DNA of 64,000 nt, taken from assembly GCF_006345805.1 (NCBI RefSeq), contig NC_043007.1:67642001-67706000 (forward strand), in the 5' to 3' direction. Both the position numbers and the translations under genes were made by a program. The notes beneath the pieces were generated by a model, which was not told the DNA's origin, did not search any database, and saw only the letters and a program-made list of their open reading frames with translations. Below are positions 55,845-64,000 of this stretch, piece by piece (position 1 is the first letter of the stretch; each line of letters opens with the position of its first letter). This DNA is from Octopus sinensis. Lineage: Eukaryota.

Positions 55845-57075
55845 TACAAGTTATATTCAAGAAATTTTGAGACTTTTTTTTAGGAGTGGCAGTCCTAGAA
55901 TATTGTAATTTTAGTATATAATTCTGAGACACCCTTTGGTCATGACTGATCATGGGATTGCACCTAGAAAGTTATCCTCCCAGACACAAGTCCGGGCAAG
56001 GTTATTTATGGAAGACCAGCAGTCGCCCATGCGTACCGGCCTCCCCTCTCCACGCTACTAGTGTTATCCAAGGGAAAGGCAAAGGCTGATACAGCTTGGC
56101 ACCAGTGACGTCGCAACTCATTTCTACAGCTGAGTGAACTGGAGCAACGTGAAATAAAGTATCTTGCTCAAGAATACAACATGCAGCCTGGTCCGGGACT
56201 CGAGCTCACAACCTCACAATCGTAAGCTCAACGCTCTAACCACTGAGCCATGCGCCTTCACTAGTATATCATTACTATATCACTAATAAGCTGACCTGTT
56301 AACTTTTGTTATTCCAGAGTGAAAGAGATGCCTCTAACAGCATTTTGAACATGCCCTACAAAACACTGTGAGTCGCAGCCAACTGGTCTGCAGAATGCAG
56401 TCAAGCAGTTCATGCAACAAAGTTTTGTGTTAAACTGGGGAAAAACGCTACTGAGATTTATGGAATGCTCCAGATTGCTTCTGGATCAACTTTTACACTG
56501 GCACAAAAGGCTCAAGGATGGTAGAGAGGAGGTGAGAGATGATGAGAAAAGTGAGAAGGAGAGGGATGTCAGAATATCAGAGCTGGTTGAGGAAATCTGT
56601 AATTTTCTGGATGAAGACCATTATGTATCTATAAAGATAATAGGCATGCAAGTTGGAATTGGTGTGGTATCTGTGCATAGAATTATTCATAAAGATCTGA
56701 ACATGAGCAGAGTCTGTTCCCAGGGTGCTCATGCACAAAATCTGGGCAGAATTTGTTCTTAGGGTGTTCAGTAAGAAGTATATTGGTAACCAATTACTGG
56801 AAAGAAGTGGACATCAAAACTGTCCCTCACTCTCCCTACAGTTCAGTCCTTGCACCTTGTGACATTCGGTTGTTCCCCAAGCTGTAACTGTTTTGAAGAC
56901 ATTGAGAAAATGAGGGAGGCTGTGACAAGGGTCCTTCTTGAATTGATTGGAGCATTACAAGTGCACTGAAGTGAAAGAATCCTACTTTGAAGGAGATTAG
57001 AGTTTTGTATTTATTTGAAATTAATAAATGTCTCTCCTGAAAAAAAGTTTGGAGACTTCTGAAATGCACCTTGTA
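55845..57075 (+). mobile_element. Internally deleted mariner element with degenerate TIRs and TA TSD, interrupted by a SINE
   Basis: AVK/FCVKLGKNATEIYGMLQIA...WHKRLKDGREEVRDDE...EDHYVSIKII...VHRIIHKDLNM and KTVPHSPYSSVLAPCDIRLFPKL...YFEGD*. TIRs TACAAG(T/G)T..ATT..AGAA...ACTTTTTTT.AGGAG at both ends. Confidence 0.8.
55929..56261 (-). mobile_element. tRNA-derived SINE, family C, full length, nested in the mariner
   Basis: Minus strand GTGAAGGCGCATGGCTCAGTGGTTAGAGCG...CTCGAGTCCCGGACC...; CpG-rich, so relatively young. Confidence 0.85.
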
Positions 57076-58425
57076 TAACCAGGTGCATTGGTCAAAATAT
57101 TTTTACATCTTGTCTCATGATGATAAGGTCTTTATTGACAATTTATTTCATGAATACCTACTGCTTATCCTGAGATTTTTACTCACAACATTGAGCCTGA
57201 TATAAATACATATGCACACACATACACACAGATAGGTAGATACATACATGGATACAAACATATACATATATGTATAAATATACATACACACACATGCAAT
57301 ATATCAGCAGTTGGTTTATGATAAATCTTATCAGGTATTGCGTTAGTGATTAGTTGCGTGTGAGGTCCGAGAGAAAGAGAGAGAGGGAGAGAGGGAGGGA
57401 GGGAGAGAAAGAGAGGTGGGGCATTGAGTGATACTCTCTCTTGACAGAAATAACTACAAGATATCTAAATTATCAGAAACTGCAACCAATTCCCATGAAG
57501 TGCAAAGTTAGGTAATCAGGGTTTAGATATAACCTTTGACACAGCATCTTGATTAATGATAATAACTTATGTGAGGCTGAGAATCAACGTGAGTGTATGT
57601 GTTATATGTGTGCATTTGTGTGTGTGTATATGTGTGTGATTAAGTATATCAATATATAAGCATGTATGTGTGAATGTACACATTTATCTATGCATATATA
57701 TAATTATAAACGCCTGAGTGGATGTATATTTGTGTGTGCAAATGTGTTTGTGTATGCACATTCATGCATTTGTCTGTGTGCATAGATATATGGATGAGAA
57801 GAGCTATACTTGTGGGTGCAAGCATGTTTATGTATGCATGTATATTTACATGCATACATGTATATACATGCATTTTTATGCTTGCATGAATCTATGTATA
57901 TGTATGAATTTGTGTGTACCTATGAGTTTGTGTATATACATGAGAGTGCACATATATTTACATATACTTGTATAGGAGTGCAGGTATGAATGATGCATAT
58001 ATATATATATATATACATATATGCATGTATGTGTTTGTATAAGTATAAAAATGTATATGTGACTGTATAGGAAGCAGTGTGTGTGTGTATTTTAAAATCT
58101 TTTCTACTTGTTTTAGTCATTAGACTGTGGCGATGCCGGGGCATCACCTAGAAGAATTTTTAGTTGAATGCATTGACCATAGTACTTACTTTTTTAAAGC
58201 CTGGTACTTATTTTATTGGTCACTTTTGCTGAGCTACTAAGGTACAAGGATGCAAACACACCAGCACCAGTTGTCAAACAGTGGTGGTGGGGACAAACAG
58301 ACACAATGACGCACACACACATATATATGCCTGTCATATATATATATATGTTAATAAAATAGAACATATGCATATATATAAACATATATGTACGTACCTA
58401 CCTCTACATATATATATATATATTA

Positions 58426-58663
58426 TGTGAAATAGAAAGATGAATAATCTTGTAGCAGATTAATCAAAAGTTTAACCGATACCTTGGTAGCAAAAATCAC
58501 AGCAGAAGACAGCACGGTTGGAGGTACAACCATATGGTGTTGCAACCGTGCGTTGGTGCGGATATTTTGGTAAATTGTGCCTTTCGAAACACGTGTAGAA
58601 TGAAATAAAACGATTTCTGTTCAATCTTCGTTCAGCTCCATTTCTTCAATTCACCAATAATAT
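58426..58663 (-). mobile_element. Second copy of family 1 with an internal inversion
   Basis: 58426-58564 is the reverse complement of 4717-4855; 58566-58663 matches 4608-4705 (3' half of the HHR). Flanked by (TA)n. Confidence 0.85.
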
Positions 58664-59100
58664 ATATATATATATATATATATAAGGGATAGATTATCCA
58701 AGCGGATAGCATATTATTTCACAACAGTCCAATTTCATAGTACTCAGGCTTAAAAGAGATATGTGTTGTAGAAAACTTTTTAATAAAAATGTTTGGGATT
58801 TGAATAAATTTCCAATCTCCTCTTGGTTATCAATTGAAAATGACAGACATCTTTCAGTTCTGTCTACCAAATCCACTCACAAGGATTTGGTCAGCCTGGG
58901 GTTATAAGTGACTTGACAAAATAGAGATCAATAGAATAAGTAACAGATTTAAAAACAAGCAGTGGTATTGATGTAATTGGCTAATAATCCGTTAAAGGCA
59001 GTGCACCAGCAGAGCAATCAAAATGGTGAATCCAGTTAGAAAATAAAAATATATAAATATTAATAAAAAAATATATAAATTATATATATAAAATATATAT

Positions 59101-59472
59101 AGGCGCAGGAGTGGCTGTGTGGTAAGTAGCTTGCTAACCAACCACACGGTTGCGGGTTCAGTCCCACTGCGTGGCATCTTGGGCAAGTGTCTTCTGCTAT
59201 AGCCCCGGGCCGACCAATGCCTTGTGAGTGGATTTGGTAGACGGAAACTGAAAGAAGCCTGTCGTATATATGTATATATATGTATATGTGTTTGTGTGTC
59301 TGTGTTTGTCCCCCTAGCATTGCTTGACAACCGATGCTGGTGTGTTTACGTCCCCGTCACTTAGCGGTTCGGCAAAAAGAGACCGATAGAATAAGTACTA
59401 AAAGGTGGTGCTCCAGCATGGCCGCAGTCAAATGACTGAAACAAGTAAAAGAGTAAAAGAGTAAAAGAGTAA
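59101..59472 (+). mobile_element. tRNA-derived SINE, family A, young, (TAAAAGAG)n tail
   Basis: Near-consensus, CpG-rich copy. Confidence 0.85.
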
Positions 59473-60001
59473 ATGTCTGCCATAATCTTGTTTACATTCT
59501 TAGAAGTAGCTCTATGCAATTTGCTTTGTGTAGTTTGGAAGACAGAGGTAAATGATTCCTGATGAGTCTTTAATTGAAGATGATACCAGCTAGTTTGATC
59601 CTCATTCCAAACTTCCAAATTTCTGTAAATAAGACCTCTGTATATATCACACTAATTAATACACCCTTCCTGATGCTAATCCTTACCTGTCTTTTAAGTA
59701 AGGGGTCACTGATTCCTTGCAGTTTTGAAAGCACAAATTATTTGGATGATTTGTTGACAAGAAAAACTGACTACACCATCCATAAAACTTTTGTAGAAGT
59801 GACTGCAGATGTAAGCACACACACACACACAGTATTGACCAGACTACTGACAGTTATACACCGCTTGTCACAATGCACTTCCTCACATTGTAGCTTTTGA
59901 ATTATACCACCCTGCTGATATCTCACCCCCATTAAAAAATTGGGTTATCTCCCCCACTAAAAAGTCGAGTTTATGTGACAAGAGACTGGATTAAAAGGGT
60001 T

Positions 60002-60414
60002 ACTCTCTCTCTTTTACTTGTTTCAGTCATTTGACTGCAGCCATGCTGGAGCACCGCCTTTAATCGAGCAACTCGACCCCGGGACTTATTCTTTTTGTAA
60101 GCCTAGTACTTATTCTATCAGTCTTTTTTGCTGAACCGCTAAGTAACGGGGACATAAACACACCAGCATCGGTTGTCAAGCAATGCTAGGGGGACAAACA
60201 CAGACACACAAACACACACACGCATATATATATACACATATATATACATATATACGACGGGCTTCTTTCAGTTTCCGTCTACCAAATCCACTCACAAGGC
60301 TTTGGTCGGCCCGAGGCTATAGAAGACACTTGCCCAAGGTGCCACGCAGTGGGACTGAACCCGGAACCATGTGGTTGGTAAACAAGCTACCTACCACACA
60401 GCCACTCCTGCACC
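60002..60414 (-). mobile_element. tRNA-derived SINE, family A, young full-length copy
   Basis: Near-consensus, CpG-rich reverse-complement copy. Confidence 0.85.
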
Positions 60415-62710
60415 TTTTAGATCCTTTTGATTCAAGACTTCAAGACATTGTTGATTTTTGGCCTCCTCAATAGGCATGGTATGATTTGTCATAAAAATGT
60501 TATCAGATTTAATAAGATGTTTAATCTTTTCACTTTTCATGTTTATTAATTTTTCATTTTATTTTTGTTTCATTGAGGGTTAAACAATTTTTTAGTTGGG
60601 GGTGGGGATAACCCAATTTTTTAATGGGGGTAAGATAACCAAAAAGTACCCAATATTTTAACATTTTTTTCATAGAATTCCTAATAATATTAAATTATGA
60701 TACAAGAGGATTTTTTTTAAAAAACATTGAATGGTTATGAAGGTCCTGTAGAGTAAGATAAGGATTAAAAGGGTCCACAGGCAAAAAAAAATGGTTGAGA
60801 ACTACTTCATTAGACACTTGCCCAAGGTGCTGTGTAGTGGGATTGAACCCAAAGCTAAGTAGTTGGGAAGTGAACGTCTCGACTACAGTCAAGCTGTTGT
60901 ATGATTTGAAAGGGGTTTGGCTGCTGATATCCAGCAGGTTGGTGAAGTAAATTGTGAACAGATGTCTAGTATTAATGATAATGGTGGTTTGCAAAGACTG
61001 TGGTGATGATGATGATGATGATGATGATGATGAGGGTGGATTAAAGATAATGAAGCTACTTGTAGGTAGTAGTGATAACCTGCAACTGTGGATGTTTCAC
61101 CTTCACCCATCCAGATGATGATGATTCTGGAGTCAGCAGTGTATGGGAGGTGGAGGAAACCTTAAGAGGAAGTAAGCTGTTAAGACAATAACATGATGAT
61201 TCAGAATCACCTTCCTACCTTACTAGCCATTCCTCCCACTGCCACCATCACTACCACTGCTTGTCTGTCTATAAAACTACATTAGTATTTTGTAAGGGAG
61301 GGGGAGATACAGGGTGAGAGAGAAAGAGATAGGAGGCATAGAGGAGGAGGTGGAGAGAGAGAGTTAGCATGCTGGTTTTGTTTATCATTGTCCACCAACA
61401 TCACAGCATAGCTACATATATGCCCACCCCATTGACTTGTGCATGTTACACACATACACACTCACACACACATACTCACACACCTCATTGGTACTCACAT
61501 TCTTGCCCTCATGCTCACACATTTAATCTCCAACGTTTTTCTCACACTCTCACTCTCCTGTGCAAACACTCACATGAACCACTGAGAGGCCACTCTATCT
61601 TCTAGAAATAGCAACCAAATCTCCTTTGAATCATAGCATGACAGCTTTAAAAATAGAAATGACGCAAATCAATGTAGTCTAAAGACTTACAAAAAAGATG
61701 AGATGGTCGCAACTAGAGTGTCTTTTATCATAAGTCTGCTCCAGAAAGGCAGACCTGGTGCTAAACAATAACAACACTAACCCCTACATCACAAATATAC
61801 ACAGCTAAAGAGTTTTAAGATAAGAAAATGTAAGGCTTTGACAAGTGTATACTTTGTTTACAACATTGCACTCACCCCACTGCCGCCACACCCATGAAGG
61901 AAGTTGGAAGTAATATCTGTTAGTCTGTCTGCCTGCCTGTATGTCTTTCTATGTCAAGTGCCTCACCCCCCCTCATCTGCTGCCTTCTCCAGCTAACTAA
62001 CAGATCCCACACCGCTCCTGTCTTCAAGGGAAACAATGAGTTGCCTTGTTTATAAGTTTCGGTGCCCCTCACAGAGCATTTGGCAAGAGAAATAGGTGAT
62101 CCCCTTCCTAGTTGTTTAGATAAGGGTACCAAGGCGGGGAGGCATGGGGTGCTTTCACATGTGTGTGTATGTGTGTGTGTATTATAGGATAAGAGGATTC
62201 AGAAAAAGACAGATATAATATCTTGTATTGCTTATTTACAGGAAAAACTAAACAGTTTTTGATTTGATTTTAATTCCATTCAATCCTTATGGGACCAGAG
62301 ATTCTTTTTTTTTAACAAAATACTTTGCTGGAATAGTGGATCTCATACACTATTATTTATAGATTTATGTGATGTGCTTTGAGAGCCACTATTCCTAAAA
62401 AATAATTATTCCATATTCTCTTGAAAAATTCTCTTATAAAATTCTATTGGGATCAACAAAATACTTTGCATTTTAATTAATTTTAAAATAATCAAGAATA
62501 TAAAGGATTTGGTAAAATTAGCCTTTTCATTAATTGGTTTTTGTTGTGTTTGTTTTAGCCCAGGATTTAAAGTTAATTTTTTCATTAATTAGTTTACGTC
62601 ATTGTTTAACCCCAGACCATCTCTGACTGAATAGACATATAATCAAATGAGTTCCAGATATGACCAATTCTGTCTTTTTGTACATCAAAGAAATTCAGTT
62701 TGTGAGTTTA

Positions 62711-63292
62711 TATCAAAGGACCAGGTGAGCTGATATCAAAGGACCAATGGAGATCTTTCGTAGATTGATACTAAAAGACCAGAGGATATTTCAAATGGGC
62801 TGATATCATAGGCCAAAAAGATAATTCAAATGGGCTGGTATTAAAGACCTAGAGGATGGCTTTAATGGGCTGGTATCAAAGGCCTAAAAGTTAACTCAAG
62901 TGGGCTGGCACCAAAGGATCAGCAGAGGTCTTGGGTGGGCTAGTATCATAGGATCAGAGATCATCTCCAAAGGGCTGGTATTAAAAGCCCAGAGGATGTC
63001 TTAAACAGGTGGGTATCAAAGACCTAGAGAAGGTTCCAAGTGGGCTAGTATCAAAGACTCAGAGGTCATCTCAAATGGATTGGTATCAAAGGCCCAGGGA
63101 ATGTCTTAAATGGGATGGTATTAAGGGCCCTGAGAATATCTCATGTGGGCTGGTATTGAGAGTTTAGAAGATAACTTAAGTGGGTTGGTCAAGATGCCTT
63201 AAATGGGCAGGTATCAAAGGTCAAAAGGATATGCTCAACTGGACTAGTATCAAAATTCCAGAGCATGTCTCAGGTGATATCAAAAAGATTAA
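62711..63292 (+). repeat. Strict-period 35-bp tandem array (~16 units), consensus ATGGGCTGGTATCAAAGGCCCAGAGGATGTCTCAA
   Basis: Unit starts fall exactly 35 bp apart at 62725, 62760, 62795 ... 63180; ends TATCAAAAAGATTAA. Confidence 0.9.
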
Positions 63293-63617
63293 CATATGAT
63301 ATTTTAGCAAAAACAGTTGTAAAAATAATTTCTTTGCTTGTTTTATAATCCTTATTGTTAGCACTGCCATGTTGCTGAAGACTGGGTCTTTGCATTTGCT
63401 GTATAAGACTGGCAATAACATTGTTTAATACCTGTTCACAATGTAAATTATTCTGCTTTATAGACTTAAAAGTTTTCATTTCTTCCAGCCAAAAATTTAT
63501 TGAATTATTAATTAGTTAAATTTTTGTGGTTGTTATTCTTGTTGGTGTATGTGCATGCATGTATATGTGTGAGTGTGAATGTATATGTGTGTGTGCAAAT
63601 GAGTATGAATGTGTGTC

Positions 63618-63661
<44 letters not shown>

Positions 63662-64000
63662 CATCAAATCATGTGCGAGTATGTATATGAGAACATGTAT
63701 GAATGTATATGTGTGTGTGTGTACATTCAAGAGTGTATGTATGAGTGTAAGAGTATGTTTGTTTGTGAGAGTGTATGTTTGTGAAGGTGTATACTAGTAA
63801 AAGTGCACAAGTATATGAATATAGAACTATATAAACAGGCATCTTGCTAAGTCATTACTGAACGGTCTCTTTGCTCTCTACCTGTTTACCTATGTTATAT
63901 AATTAGGAATTACACGATGAAGTGGTACCATCACATGAAAAAATCAGCGACTATTTAGATCCTGTAATGAACAGATCATGTCTTTTGCAACATCTCTTGT

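Noticed and set aside
56412-56762. 116-aa ORF as an independent gene
   Set aside because: Frameshifted fragment of the mariner transposase N-terminus.
59101-59180. tRNA genes at SINE heads
   Set aside because: A/B boxes are present but there is no complete cloverleaf or T-run terminator, and they continue into SINE bodies.
59687-59802. 116-nt minus-strand exon candidate with CAG|GTAAGG donor
   Set aside because: One frame is open but the peptide is unrecognised and the acceptor is weak; expected by chance in 64 kb.
62711-63292. CRISPR-like array or protein-coding repeat
   Set aside because: Eukaryotic context, no cas genes, the variable halves are homologous to each other, the period is not a multiple of 3 and variant units contain stops.

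Overview
AT-rich, repeat-saturated eukaryotic DNA that is intronic or intergenic. The SINE and microsatellite make-up suggests a coleoid cephalopod (Octopus-like); this is inference, not database-confirmed. No host protein-coding gene can be supported, and almost all ORF-track entries are microsatellite or repeat artefacts. Recognisable content: tRNA-derived SINEs (at least 3 modular families), RTE-clade LINE remnants, a 5'-truncated Penelope-like element (PLE; RT thumb plus C-terminal GIY-YIG), two Tc1/mariner relics (one DD37D/maT-type), non-autonomous Helitrons, piggyBac-like TTAA MITEs, large compound (TA)/(CA) arrays and several local duplications. The main discovery is a set of short elements sitting in (TA)n tracts that carry hammerhead-ribozyme (HHR) motifs: one complete type I HHR fold at 4557-4649, a minimal dimer-type motif at ~40.7-40.8 kb and a decayed one at ~15.2 kb. 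Two of them, and the coding PLE, begin with near-perfect fold-back palindromes (226, ~81 and 40 bp arms). A further copy shows a twin-priming-like inversion. Together these suggest a microsatellite-targeting, ribozyme-bearing PLE/retrozyme-like system with snap-back 5' ends. A strict 35-bp array at 62.7-63.3 kb appears to be built from a piggyBac-like MITE terminus.
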